The notes beneath the pieces were generated by a model. The model made no database searches. It was given only the letters and a program-made list of their open reading frames with translations, and was not told the origin of the DNA. The position numbers were made by a program, and so were the translations under genes. This document shows positions 28,916 to 38,966 of a stretch of DNA of 64,000 nt, in pieces. Origin of the DNA: an uncultured Chloroflexia bacterium. Its GTDB lineage: Bacteria > Chloroflexota > Limnocylindria > Limnocylindrales > CSP1-4. The DNA is taken from assembly GCA_963748625.1 (NCBI GenBank), contig CAVVJT010000008.1, forward strand, positions 1 to 64,000. Direction: 5' to 3'. Numbering within the stretch: the stretch's first letter is position 1; each line of letters opens with the position of its first letter.

Positions 28916-28926
28916 GCTACAGGCGC
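28851..28926 (-). tRNA. tRNA-Arg(CCG)
   Basis: GCGCCTGTAGCTCAGTGGATAGAGCGTCGGCCTCCGGAGCCGAAGGTCGCAGGTTCGAATCCTGTCGGGCGCGCCA. Confidence 0.97.
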
Positions 28927-29016
28927 GCGGGGCGACGCGTGACGTCGCGAGCCGCCAGTCTACCAGCCACTCGTGGCAAGGGCCCGGCTCTATACAGGTC
29001 CGCCGCAGCCCTCAGA

Positions 29017-31263
29017 TCAGGGGTGGAGTGGCACGTAGTACTTGATCAGCAGCTGGGGCCGGTCGAGCGTCGCGGCGTTGCCGCTCCAGAACCGCAGGTA
29101 GTTCGCCGTGCCGTCGTTGTTGTCGCCGAGCGCGAACCGGAGACGGAACTGCGTGGTGCCCGTCGCGTTGATGTATCCGGGTCCGATCGCGGCCGAGTGC
29201 CAGCCGGCTGCGCCGGTGGCGCTCACCTTCGCGACGCTCGGTGAACCGGCCGCCCGAAAGTCGCCGAGCGTCAGGCCGGTGGTCCCGAAGCTTGGACGGC
29301 GCGTGTCCACGAGCAGCCCTTTGAGCTTGGAGAACAGATCGATGGCGGTGCCGGCCTGGCCCTGCTTCTTGAGCAGGAGGGTCGCGCGAATGACGACGGC
29401 GCCCGCTGGCAGCGTCGTATCGAAGTGCAGGAGCGAACGGTACTGGCGGCGCCTGGCGTTGTCGCCGACGCGGATGGTGGTCGCAGTCCGGTCGAGCGTG
29501 CCGCCCGAGTTCGTGGTCTCGCCCGACTCCAGCACCCAGCCGTCATCGCCGCCGGCCGATGCGCGACCGACCTCGCTCGCGAGCTCGGAGGCGCCGATGT
29601 CACAGCCCGCGCCCTGCGGCCGCTGCACGCCGCGCTGGTCGGCCGCCAGGGTCGCCCCGTACCCGTCACGGCAGGCGGGCTGCTCGCCCGCGTCGATCGC
29701 TGGGCTGTGCGGCAGGAGTGCCCGGGTCTCCGTGCGGCCGCCATCCCCCTCAAGCGGTGCGAGCTTGGGATCCGTGCCGGTGATGTTGCCGTACGTCGTG
29801 CCGCTGATCAGGCAGTTGGCCGTCGACTCGATCAGGTTCCACCCAAGCGAGTCGACCGACTGGTCGTACGTGAAGCAGTCATCGGCGGTCGTGGTGGTGA
29901 GGCCGTTCGTGTAGATGTTGTCCGCGACGATGGTGTTGCGGAGGTGGACGGTCGAGGCCGCCGTGAAGATGCCGCCGCCGCGGAGCAGGCCGCCCTGGCC
30001 GATCTTGCGGTACATCACGTTCCCGGCGATGGTGCTGTTGTAGAACGACAGTTGGACGCCGGAATACGCGGAGACGCCGCCGCCGTCGCCGTTGACCCGA
30101 TTGTTGCTGATCGTGCTGTTGACGATCTGGTGGGCGGCCGCCGCACCGGGAGCGCCCTGCGCCTCGATGCCTCCGCCGAAGACGGCCGTGTTGCCGCTGA
30201 TCGTGCTGTCCCTGATGTCCAGCGAGCTGGTCGGATTCGGCCGGACTGCGATGCCGCCACCACCACCCTGGGTGGCGTGATTCGTGCGGAGCGTCGTCCT
30301 CACGACCGCGATCTTGGAGCGGGTGTAGATCCCGCCACCATCCTGGCTCGCGGTGTTGTCGCGGATCGTGCTGTCGGTGACGGTCAGGTAGCTGGTCGGC
30401 CAGGAGGCGCTGCTCTCGATGTACACGCCGCCTCCGTTCTCGGCGGTGTTGCCGTCCAGGGTGCTGCGCAGGACGTCAGCGTCCGAGACCCCCTCGATTG
30501 CGAGCGCCCCGCCGAACCCGGCAGTGTTGCCTGAGAGCCGGCTGTCCCGGACCGTGAGGGCCGCGTCATCCTTCACGAACACGCCGCCCCCGATCCCGGC
30601 CGCCCCGGTGGCGTTGTTGCGAATCGTGGACGCATCGATGATCAGCGTGGCCGACTCGGCCTGGATCCCGGCGCCGGTCAGCGCGTGGCTGCCCTCGATG
30701 ACGGACTTCCTGACGGTCACGTACAGGGCGGTGGGGCTCGGCCCGTAGGCGAAGATCCCGCCACCCTTGGACGCTCCGACGGTCACGGGGCCGCCGTTGC
30801 GCACGGTCAACCCGGTGAAGATGACGACGTTGGCCGTCTGCAGGACGTGGAAGACGCGATCCCCGGTGACTGGTCCGTTCCCGTCCACGATGGTGGTCCC
30901 GGCCCCCGCCCCGGCGATCGTGAGCGAGGCGGTGATGTCCAGGTCGCCCCTCAACGCGGTGTCGTCGCCACCGATGCGCGTCAGCTTGAAGACGCCCTTC
31001 GGCAGCTTGATCGTGTCCGTCGCCGCGGTGTGATTGGCCTGCATGATCGCTGCTCGAAGGGTGCACTTGCCCCCGGAAGTCGCGCAGGTCCCGTTGGCCG
31101 GGTCCGCGTCCGGCGCGTCCGCGGTGCTGTTGACCGTGAACGTCTTCCCGATGGGGGCTGACGCGGCGGCCGGCGCGACGCCGACGGCACCGAGCAGGAC
31201 GAGGCCCGCGAGGAGCGCGGCGGAGGCCCGTGTCGACGGACGCACGCGGAGGTGGGACGGCAT
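29017..31263 (-). CDS. secreted CSLREA/beta-helix protein with choice-of-anchor Q and C-terminal DNRLRE-like domain
   Basis: VNSTAD...CTLRAAI, GGGI repeats, SPAIDAG, DQRG...CDIGA. Confidence 0.85.
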   Translation of the reverse strand: MPSHLRVRPSTRASAALLAGLVLLGAVGVAPAAASAPIGKTFTVNSTADAPDADPANGTCATSGGKCTLRAAIMQANHTAATDTIKLPKGVFKLTRIGGDDTALRGDLDITASLTIAGAGAGTTIVDGNGPVTGDRVFHVLQTANVVIFTGLTVRNGGPVTVGASKGGGIFAYGPSPTALYVTVRKSVIEGSHALTGAGIQAESATLIIDASTIRNNATGAAGIGGGVFVKDDAALTVRDSRLSGNTAGFGGALAIEGVSDADVLRSTLDGNTAENGGGVYIESSASWPTSYLTVTDSTIRDNTASQDGGGIYTRSKIAVVRTTLRTNHATQGGGGGIAVRPNPTSSLDIRDSTISGNTAVFGGGIEAQGAPGAAAAHQIVNSTISNNRVNGDGGGVSAYSGVQLSFYNSTIAGNVMYRKIGQGGLLRGGGIFTAASTVHLRNTIVADNIYTNGLTTTTADDCFTYDQSVDSLGWNLIESTANCLISGTTYGNITGTDPKLAPLEGDGGRTETRALLPHSPAIDAGEQPACRDGYGATLAADQRGVQRPQGAGCDIGASELASEVGRASAGGDDGWVLESGETTNSGGTLDRTATTIRVGDNARRRQYRSLLHFDTTLPAGAVVIRATLLLKKQGQAGTAIDLFSKLKGLLVDTRRPSFGTTGLTLGDFRAAGSPSVAKVSATGAAGWHSAAIGPGYINATGTTQFRLRFALGDNNDGTANYLRFWSGNAATLDRPQLLIKYYVPLHP

Positions 31264-31380
31264 AGGGGACCCTTCATGGACGAGGCGGGCGAGGATGGCC
31301 AGGTCGGGACGCGACGACGGGTTGCTGGGTATTGTGGCGATCCGGGGCGCGGGCGCAAGCCCCAACTCCCCGCGGGTTCG

Positions 31381-31428
31381 CGCCAGGTCCCACCGGCGCC
31401 AGGTCCCACCGGCGCCAGGTCCCACCGG
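31381..31428. repeat. 16-bp tandem repeat x3
   Basis: CGCCAGGTCCCACCGG. Confidence 0.9.
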
Positions 31429-31732
31429 GCCGCACCGCCTTAACGTCCGAGGCGGCTCCCGAAGGAGCCGCCTCGTTGCTGTCCCGGTGAAGGGCCCACT
31501 CTCCCGAGCAGACCTTCTGCCACGCGCCAGGATCATCTATCTCGTCGGCTGAACCGACTACCCTAACCCAACCTACCCATGATCCTGATGCTGGGGCAGC
31601 GCATTGGCTGACTGGCAGCATCGATATCCTACCGATTCAGTCCGGATTAGGGAAGGCTTTTCTCTGCACCTTTGGTGAATATCCCTTAACACTCTCGTTG
31701 CGATCGGGAGTCGGGATGATTCAGGGCCGGGA

Positions 31733-32233
31733 TCAGGCCTCCGCCGGCTCGTCCTCGACGACGGTCACGGTGGTCATCGCGATGGGGTCGTTGGGGAGGT
31801 CGCGGCTGTTCCGCGGCTGGCTGGCGATGGCGTCCACGACGTCGAGGCCCTTGGTGACCTGGCCGAAGATCGTGTAGTTCTTCGGCAGCGCATAGTCCGC
31901 GTGCATGATGAAGAACTGCGACCCGTTGGTGTTCGGGCCGGCGTTCGCCATGGCGAGCGTGCCGCGGGTGTAGTTGCCCTTGAAGGGCTCGTCGTTGAAC
32001 TTGTAGCCCGGGCCGCCGGTGCCAACGCGGGACGTGTTGAGGGACGCCTTCTTGCCGAACTCGCCGTCGCCGCCCTGGACCATGAAGCCCGGGATGACGC
32101 GGTGGAAGATGACGCCGTCGTAGAAGCCGGCCTTGGCGAGCTTCACGAAGTTGGCGGCGGCAAGGGGGGCGCCCTCGGTGAAGAGGTCGGCCTCCATCGT
32201 GCCGGCGTCGGTGGCGATGATCACGCGGGTCAT
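31733..32233 (-). CDS. cyclophilin-type peptidyl-prolyl isomerase
   Basis: FHRVIPGFMVQGG, MANAGPNTNGSQFFI. Confidence 0.95.
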   Translation of the reverse strand: MTRVIIATDAGTMEADLFTEGAPLAAANFVKLAKAGFYDGVIFHRVIPGFMVQGGDGEFGKKASLNTSRVGTGGPGYKFNDEPFKGNYTRGTLAMANAGPNTNGSQFFIMHADYALPKNYTIFGQVTKGLDVVDAIASQPRNSRDLPNDPIAMTTVTVVEDEPAEA

Positions 32234-32275
32234 TGACAGCTCCTCGTTCGGCTGGCGTCTGCAGGTTGGGGACGG

Positions 32276-32992
32276 CTAGGGGTTGGTGACGGTGGCCTTC
32301 TTGATGACCACCGGGTTCTCCGGCTGCTCGACGCCGGCCGCGGCCTCCGTGATGGCGTCCGCGACGTCCATGCCCTCGATGACCTCACCGAAGATCTGGT
32401 ACGTGTTGTAGCTCTCGAGCGCCTGGCGGGCGGCATCGTCGGTGACGATGAAGAACTGGGAGCCGACGCTGTTGGGGGCGCTGGTCCTGGCCCAGGCGAC
32501 GGTGCCGCGGCCGTACTTGGCAGTCACGGGCTCGTCCTCGATGGTGTAGCCCGGGCCGCCGGTGCCGGCCATCCCGGGGATCCAGTCCGGGGCGCGGCCG
32601 AACTGGCCGTCACCGCCCTGGATGACGAAGCCCGGCACGACGCGGTGGAAGATGACGTTGTCGTAGAAGCCGCAGTCCGCGAGCGCCACGAAGTTGCCGG
32701 CGGCGATGGGCGAGAGGTCGGCCTCGACCTTGATGACGATCTTGCCCTTGTCGGTGTCGAGCGTGACGGTCCGGGTCTCCCCGGCGGCGAGCGCGTCGGG
32801 CTGGGCCTCCGGGCAGCCCGGCGGATAGGTGGGTCCCGGGTGGGTGGGCGCGGGCGTCGGCGTCTCCGGCGCGAGCGAGGGGATGGTCGGCAGCGGCGAG
32901 GCGGCGCCGGTGCCACCTCCGCCGGTGCAGGCGGCGAGCAGCAGTGGGACGGCGACGGCGGCCAGGACCCGGGTCAGAGCACGGCGGTTCAT
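32276..32992 (-). CDS. lipoprotein cyclophilin-type PPIase
   Basis: LLAAC lipobox, FHRVVPGFVIQGG, SQFFI. Confidence 0.92.
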   Translation of the reverse strand: MNRRALTRVLAAVAVPLLLAACTGGGGTGAASPLPTIPSLAPETPTPAPTHPGPTYPPGCPEAQPDALAAGETRTVTLDTDKGKIVIKVEADLSPIAAGNFVALADCGFYDNVIFHRVVPGFVIQGGDGQFGRAPDWIPGMAGTGGPGYTIEDEPVTAKYGRGTVAWARTSAPNSVGSQFFIVTDDAARQALESYNTYQIFGEVIEGMDVADAITEAAAGVEQPENPVVIKKATVTNP

Positions 32993-33693
32993 GCGGTTGC
33001 GGCCTCCAGGGCGGCGGGAAGGTCGATGGCCCCTGAGAGGATGGCCTCTCCGAGGATGCAGCCGGCCACGCCGGCATCGCGCAGCCGGCGGATGCCGGCC
33101 AGGTCGTTGACTCCGCCCGCGACGAGGACGTCCACGTCGTGGCGGCGGGTGAGCGAGTCCAGGAGACCGGTGTCGGGGGCGGCTCCACCGTGGCTCAGCA
33201 CCACGCGGTGGACGCCCGCGGCGACCAGCTCCTCCACAAGGGTATCGAGGGTCGGCGGAATCGTCCGTTTCCAGGGGTAGGCGGCGATCCGCTCGGGGCG
33301 TGGATCGAGCCCGACGGCCAGCCAGTCACCCGCCACGCCGACGCAGGCCCGCAGGTCGTCGGGGCGTTCGACGATCGCCGTGGAGAGCACCACGCGCGTC
33401 GCTCCCGCGGCGAACGCGAGCCGGATGTGGTCGGCATCACCCAGGCCGCCGGCGACCTGCAGCGGCACCGCGACCTTCGCCGCCACCGCGCCGATCACCT
33501 CGAGCGCCGCGGGTGCGCCGCGGGTCGCACCGTCGAAGTCCACGAGGTGGATGATCCGCGCCCCCTGGGCGACCAGCTGCTCTGCGATCCGGTCAGGACG
33601 ATCGGTGGGCGCACCGGTGCCGGACGCGGCGCCCGGCCAGTACACGAGCCGCGAGCGCCCGCTCTTGACGTCGATCGCCGGGATGATATCCAC
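32989..33693 (-). CDS. HisA/HisF-like TIM-barrel protein
   Basis: IIPAIDV, HLVDFDGA, QVAGG, VAGGV, ILGEA. Confidence 0.8.
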   Translation of the reverse strand: MDIIPAIDVKSGRSRLVYWPGAASGTGAPTDRPDRIAEQLVAQGARIIHLVDFDGATRGAPAALEVIGAVAAKVAVPLQVAGGLGDADHIRLAFAAGATRVVLSTAIVERPDDLRACVGVAGDWLAVGLDPRPERIAAYPWKRTIPPTLDTLVEELVAAGVHRVVLSHGGAAPDTGLLDSLTRRHDVDVLVAGGVNDLAGIRRLRDAGVAGCILGEAILSGAIDLPAALEAATA

Positions 33694-33697
33694 CGGG

Positions 33698-35374
33698 TCA
33701 GACGCCCTCCCGCAGGAGGCGGGCATGGAACGAGATCGGCAGGGAGCCGTTCACGAGCAGCGTGTCGTGGAAGGCCTTGAGGCTGAACGCCGCGCCGCGC
33801 CGCCGCCGCTCCTCCTCGCGGAGGCCCAGGATCAGGACCTTGCCCAGGAGGTAGCTCAACTGGTAGCCGGGTGTGTAGGTGTACCGGCGGACCTCGGCCC
33901 GGGCGTTCGCCTGCTCGAAGGCGGTGTGCTCCACCATGAAGTCCACGGCCTCGGCCTCGGAGAGCTCGCCGCGGTGCATCCGGATGTCCAGGATGATCCG
34001 GCAGGCCCGCCAGACGACGTCGGTCCACATGGCCACGCGGAATGCGGGACCCGTGTCGAAGCCCTCCTCGCGCATCATCTGCTCGGTGTACATGCCCCAG
34101 CCCTCGACGAACTCGGGGGCCTCGGTGAGCATCCGGGTGAGTGACGGGTGCTTCGCTGCGACCGCCAGCTGGAGGTGGTGGCCCGGGTAGGCCTCGTGGA
34201 TGCTGGTGTTGGAGATGGACGCCCAGTAGTGCTCGCGCATGGCGTTGGGGTCGTTGTCCACGGCCGGCGTGACGACGTAGAGGCCGCGCTGGTCCGCGTC
34301 GAAGCGGGCTGGGTTGAAGTACGCCGCGAACGGCATGACGCTGCGCAGGTACTCCGGGGTCTCGATGACCTCGAGAACCTCGTCGGGTGGGATGCTGGCG
34401 AGGTCCCGCTCCAGGATGTGGGCGCGAGCGCGCCGCATCGCGTCCCGGTAGCCCTCGAGCGCGTCGTCGAAGGTGGCGGGACGGTCATCCTTGAGGCGGT
34501 CGATGACGGCCAGGGTGTCCCGGTCCGGGTCGAGCTCTCGGGCGGCCTCGCGGCGCGCGTCCAGGCTGGTCCGCAGCTGGTCCCAGCCGATCGCGAGGAT
34601 CGCGTCCGCGTCCAGGTCCCCGAACGACCGGCGGCGGACGAGCTCGTCGTAGGGGTCGCGGCCCAGCGCCCAGTCGTCGGTGGAGGAGGCGAGGGTCCCG
34701 TCGAGCCAGGTGACGTAGGCATCGAGTGCGCCGTTCGCCTTCGCGACGGCCCGGTCCAGGCGGATGGCCTCGCGCTCGTCGAGGACGCCGGCACCGGCGG
34801 TCGACACCTCGGCGAAGAGGCCGGGCATGTCCACGGCATAGCGCCGTTCGACGCGCTGCCACGTTGCGACCTGTGGCCCGACGGCCCGGCTGCGTGCCTC
34901 CTGGAGGAAGCGCGGTACCTGCTCGAGGCGGTCGGCGATACGCGCAAGCCGCTCGCCCAGGGGCGCGGCGCCGCGCGCGAACAGCAGGTAGACGGCGTCG
35001 CCCACCTCGCCTGCCGCCGTGCCCATCCGCTCCCAGCGGCGGACCTCGTCGATCTCGAAGAGGCGCAGGCGCAGATTGTGGACCTCGAGGTCGCGCTCGA
35101 AGCGGGCCTCGGCGGACAGGCCATCGGAAGGGAGCGCCTCGATGGCGGCGAGGTGCGCCTTCTCCTCGGCGATCTCCTCGAGGATGGCCTCGCGGGAGCC
35201 ATCGCCCAGCCGGTGGTCCTCGGTGTGGATACCCAGGATGCTCGCCTCCACCGGGTTGGTGTGGACCAGGCGCCGGACGCGGGTCTCGACCAGGTCGAAG
35301 AGGGTTGTGTCGAGCGGGCCCTCGTCCGGTGCGGCCGCCGGGCGCGGGAGCTGGTACTGCGCGGTGGGGAGCAC
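33698..35374 (-). CDS. DUF885 family protein
   Basis: HEAYPGHHLQ, EGWGMYTE, PGYQLSYLLG. Confidence 0.9.
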   Translation of the reverse strand: MLPTAQYQLPRPAAAPDEGPLDTTLFDLVETRVRRLVHTNPVEASILGIHTEDHRLGDGSREAILEEIAEEKAHLAAIEALPSDGLSAEARFERDLEVHNLRLRLFEIDEVRRWERMGTAAGEVGDAVYLLFARGAAPLGERLARIADRLEQVPRFLQEARSRAVGPQVATWQRVERRYAVDMPGLFAEVSTAGAGVLDEREAIRLDRAVAKANGALDAYVTWLDGTLASSTDDWALGRDPYDELVRRRSFGDLDADAILAIGWDQLRTSLDARREAARELDPDRDTLAVIDRLKDDRPATFDDALEGYRDAMRRARAHILERDLASIPPDEVLEVIETPEYLRSVMPFAAYFNPARFDADQRGLYVVTPAVDNDPNAMREHYWASISNTSIHEAYPGHHLQLAVAAKHPSLTRMLTEAPEFVEGWGMYTEQMMREEGFDTGPAFRVAMWTDVVWRACRIILDIRMHRGELSEAEAVDFMVEHTAFEQANARAEVRRYTYTPGYQLSYLLGKVLILGLREEERRRRGAAFSLKAFHDTLLVNGSLPISFHARLLREGV

Positions 35375-36529
35375 TCAGGCTGTCCCGTCGTGCGCGGATG
35401 CGGTGGTCCCGACGGGCACGGTTGCGGTCGCCGTCGCGCCGGGTGCCGTCGTCTGGAGCGCCTCGGCCACGACGTCCACCACGCGGTCCACGTCGGTCGC
35501 GGCGACTCCGTAATGGGTCACGGCACGGATGGAGCCGTTCGCGTAGGGGACCATGAGCACACCGCGTGCCTCGAGGGCCGCAAGGAAGGCTGACCGGTCC
35601 CGGTGAACGCGGAACAGGACGAAGTTGGTGACGGCGCGCCCGGGATCGAGGCGGTCGCCGTCGGGCTGGGCGATGCCGCCGGGGGAGCCGATGCCGTCGA
35701 GCTGCGCGAGGCCCTCCGCGAGGCGTCGGGCGTTGACATGGTCCTCCGCCAGGCGGTCGATCATGCCGTCGGGCCCGTCGCTCAAGGCCACCAGACCGGC
35801 GGCCGCGAGGACGCCCACCTGGCGCATGCCGCCGCCGACGAGCTTGCGGGCGCGCCGGGCGCGGTCGATGAACGCGGCCGGACCCACGACGACGGAGCCG
35901 ATGGGCGCGGCGAGGCCCTTGGACAGGCAGAACGTGACGGTGTCGGCAGGCGCGGCAAGCTGCACCGGGGTCACTCCGAGCGCGACCGCGGCGTTGAAGA
36001 ACCGTGCGCCGTCCATGTGCAGCGGGATGCCACCGTCCTGGGCGATGCGCGCCACCTCCTCGACGTATTCGAGCGGGAGTGGACGGCCGCCGGTGTGGGC
36101 GTGGGTGTTCTCCAGGACGATGAGGCTGGTGATGGGCTCGTGATAGTCCGTCGGGTCGCGGAAGGCGGCACGGATCCGGGCCGGGTCCATGGTGCCGTCG
36201 GGACGCTCGGGCAGCGCGCGGATCGTGGCGCCCACGACGACCGCGTGACCGCCGGCCTCATCCATGACGGTGTGGGTGGTCTCGCCGGCGATCGCCTCGT
36301 GGCCGCGCGGCAGGTGGGCCATGAGGCTCACGAGGTTGCCCATGGTGCCGCTCGCGACGAAGAGGCCCGCCTCCTTGCCGAGCAGGGACGCGGCGCGGGC
36401 TTCCAACTCGTTGACGGTGGGGTCGTCGCTGAAGACGTCGTCGCCGACGCGGGCCTCGGCCATCGCGCGGCGCATGGCGGGCGTGGGGTGGGTGACGGTG
36501 TCGGAGCGCAGGTCGATCACGGGGGTCAT
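35375..36529 (-). CDS. ltaE: low-specificity L-threonine aldolase
   Basis: [26 protein letters not shown]. Confidence 0.92.
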   Translation of the reverse strand: MTPVIDLRSDTVTHPTPAMRRAMAEARVGDDVFSDDPTVNELEARAASLLGKEAGLFVASGTMGNLVSLMAHLPRGHEAIAGETTHTVMDEAGGHAVVVGATIRALPERPDGTMDPARIRAAFRDPTDYHEPITSLIVLENTHAHTGGRPLPLEYVEEVARIAQDGGIPLHMDGARFFNAAVALGVTPVQLAAPADTVTFCLSKGLAAPIGSVVVGPAAFIDRARRARKLVGGGMRQVGVLAAAGLVALSDGPDGMIDRLAEDHVNARRLAEGLAQLDGIGSPGGIAQPDGDRLDPGRAVTNFVLFRVHRDRSAFLAALEARGVLMVPYANGSIRAVTHYGVAATDVDRVVDVVAEALQTTAPGATATATVPVGTTASAHDGTA

Positions 36530-36865
36530 AGCCGGGCGAGCATAGCGCGGGCGTGCACACGGAGGCTCCGCGGGTCGTGAGACTGCCGACGTTCGGCCCA
36601 GGTGGGGGGCTTTTCGCGAACCTCCACGCACGAGCCGGGTGGCAAACCTCGAGTTACGAGCGCAGCGCACGCTCAGCGCGGGCCGCAACGCCCCACACGT
36701 GGGCCGACACGTCATGCGGGCCGACACGTCCCGTGGGCCGCCGCGTCAGGCCCCGGGTCAGCCCCCCGTCGAGGCCTCGCCTGCGCGCTGGGCCGGTCCT
36801 GCAACGTCACAGGTCCTTACAATCCACGTCGGCGGCGCGGATGCGCCGCGTCACGGAGGTGTGGG

Positions 36866-37501
36866 ATGACCCTGGTTATCGCGATTGTCGCGATGCTCAT
36901 CGGTGCTGCTTTCGCGTTTGCGGGCTGGCGCTTCTTCCTGTTGCTGCTCCCGTTCTGGGGCCTGCTCGTCGGCTTCAACGTGGGCACCGAGGTCGTGACC
37001 GCGATCTTCGGCGATGGCACGTTCGCGACCGTCACGTCGTGGGCGGTCGGCTTCGTGCTGGCGCTCGTGTTCGCCGTGCTCTCGTGGATGTGGTGGTACT
37101 TCGCGGTGGCGCTGCTCGGCGCATCGGTGGGCTTCGCGCTAGGCCAGGCCGCGTGGGGCATCATCGGCAGCGAGACCGGGCTGATCGCATTGGTGCTCGG
37201 CCTGGTCGTGGGTGCCGTGTTCGGCATCGGCGTGCTGGTCCTCAACGTGCCCCGGGTGCTCGTCATCGTGCTCTCGGGCCTCGGCGGTGCCGCCGCGATC
37301 CTCGCCGGCTGGTTCGTCCTGACGGGTGCCATCCCGTCCGACCAGATCCGCTGGGTCATGGTGGGCAAGGAGATCACGTCGAGCTGGTTCTACCTGATCG
37401 TCTGGGCCGTCATCGCGGGCGCCGGGATGATCGCCCAGCTCAAGGTGCCGGACTTCGGCACGACCCAGTTCGAGTACTCGAAGGACTCGTACCGCTACTA
37501 G
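36866..37501 (+). CDS. DUF4203-like membrane protein
   Basis: Seven TM segments, FAGWRFFLLLLPFWG; GGAGG RBS. Confidence 0.75.
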   Translation: MTLVIAIVAMLIGAAFAFAGWRFFLLLLPFWGLLVGFNVGTEVVTAIFGDGTFATVTSWAVGFVLALVFAVLSWMWWYFAVALLGASVGFALGQAAWGIIGSETGLIALVLGLVVGAVFGIGVLVLNVPRVLVIVLSGLGGAAAILAGWFVLTGAIPSDQIRWVMVGKEITSSWFYLIVWAVIAGAGMIAQLKVPDFGTTQFEYSKDSYRY

Positions 37502-37648
37502 GTCTCAAGCGCACGAGGCCCGGGACCGGACGCCCATCCGGCTCCCGGGCTTCTTCATGTCCGGGGGCTTCTTCATGTCCGGGCGGTGTTCCGGGCGGTG
37601 TCCGGCGGGGCGACCCCTTGCCCGCGCGCCTACCCCTTGCCCGCGCGC

Positions 37649-38917
37649 CTACCCCTTGTCGCCGGGCGCAGTGAAGTGATCGGCGACCGAAGCCGGCTCG
37701 TCGCCCGGCACGGGCTCCACCTTGTTGCGGAGCAGCGCGGCGTACGGCCTCGAGGCCGGGTAGTGCTCCATCAGCGCGAGCAGGCCCACGGTGAGCGGCA
37801 CGGCCAGGAGCGCGCCGGCCGCGCCCAGGATCCAGGCCCAGACAACCACGGCGATGAACACCACCAGCGGAGAGAGGTTGAGCTCCGAGCCCATCACGAT
37901 CGGCTGCAGGAACTGGTCCTGGATCATGTTGATCACGAGGTAGGCGACCAGGACGATCCCCGCGGTGACCAGCCCGCCGTCGAGGAACGCGAGCACCAGG
38001 GTGGGCACCATTGCGATGATCGAGCCGACGTTGGGGATGAACGACGCCAGGAAGACGAGGAACGCCCAGAGCAGCGGCAGCGGCACGCTCAGCACCACCA
38101 GCACCACGAAGATCGCGACGGCCGCGAAGAGGCCCAGCTTCGCGCGCACGACGAGGTAGTGGCGCAGGTCGATGCCGAACTGCTTCACGCCCGTCAGCAG
38201 ATCGTGGTGGATGCCGAAGGCGACCATCGCCCGATCCCCCATGGAGTTGCCGCCCGCGAGGGCGTAGACCATCGTGAGCGCCAGGATGAGGATGGCGATG
38301 CCGCCGCCTGACACCGCCGAGGCCACCGGCCGCACGAAACCGGCGATCTGCTCGGGCGAGATGACCGAGAGGATGGCCTCCAGCTCGACGACGATCCCAA
38401 ACGTGGCGAGGATGGCCGTGATCCGCTCGATCTCGGTGGCGACCGTGTTCTGGTACTTGGGGATCTGGATGACCAGTTCGCCTACCGACAGCGCGATCAC
38501 GCCAGCGGTCACGAGGAGGACCACGAGCACGGCGATCAGGGTGATCGCCAGCGCACCCGCGTGCTTGATGCCGCGCCTCTGGAGCGCAGGAATCGCAGGA
38601 TAGGTGAGCAGGGCCAGGAACAGGCCGAAGATCACCGGCACGATCAGCGAGGCGACCTCGCGCAGGAGCAGCGCCGCCAGCAGGACGAGGACAAGACCCG
38701 CCACCGCCGTGAGCGGTCCGGGCGGGACGCGCAGGGCCGCCACGCCCCCGGGCGTGGGCGCAGGCGTGGGCGCAGGCTTCACCGGGGGTGACGCAGGGAC
38801 GGGCTCGGACGCAGGGACGGGCTCGGACGCAGGGACGGGCTCGGACGCAGGGACGGGCTCGGACGCAGGGACGGGCTCGGACGCAGGGACGGGCTCGGAC
38901 GCTCCGGGATCGGTCAT
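37649..38917 (-). CDS. AI-2E family transporter
   Basis: FIPNVG, QPIVMG, GALLAVPL. Confidence 0.9.
   Translation of the reverse strand: MTDPGASEPVPASEPVPASEPVPASEPVPASEPVPASEPVPASPPVKPAPTPAPTPGGVAALRVPPGPLTAVAGLVLVLLAALLLREVASLIVPVIFGLFLALLTYPAIPALQRRGIKHAGALAITLIAVLVVLLVTAGVIALSVGELVIQIPKYQNTVATEIERITAILATFGIVVELEAILSVISPEQIAGFVRPVASAVSGGGIAILILALTMVYALAGGNSMGDRAMVAFGIHHDLLTGVKQFGIDLRHYLVVRAKLGLFAAVAIFVVLVVLSVPLPLLWAFLVFLASFIPNVGSIIAMVPTLVLAFLDGGLVTAGIVLVAYLVINMIQDQFLQPIVMGSELNLSPLVVFIAVVVWAWILGAAGALLAVPLTVGLLALMEHYPASRPYAALLRNKVEPVPGDEPASVADHFTAPGDKG
38789..38902 (-). repeat. 18-bp tandem repeat x6 (ASEPVP)
   Basis: GACGCAGGGACGGGCTCG units. Confidence 0.95.
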
Positions 38918-38966
38918 CGTGCTGACTCTAGCGCGCCATGGCCGCGGTGGTCGATCGGTGCGGACC

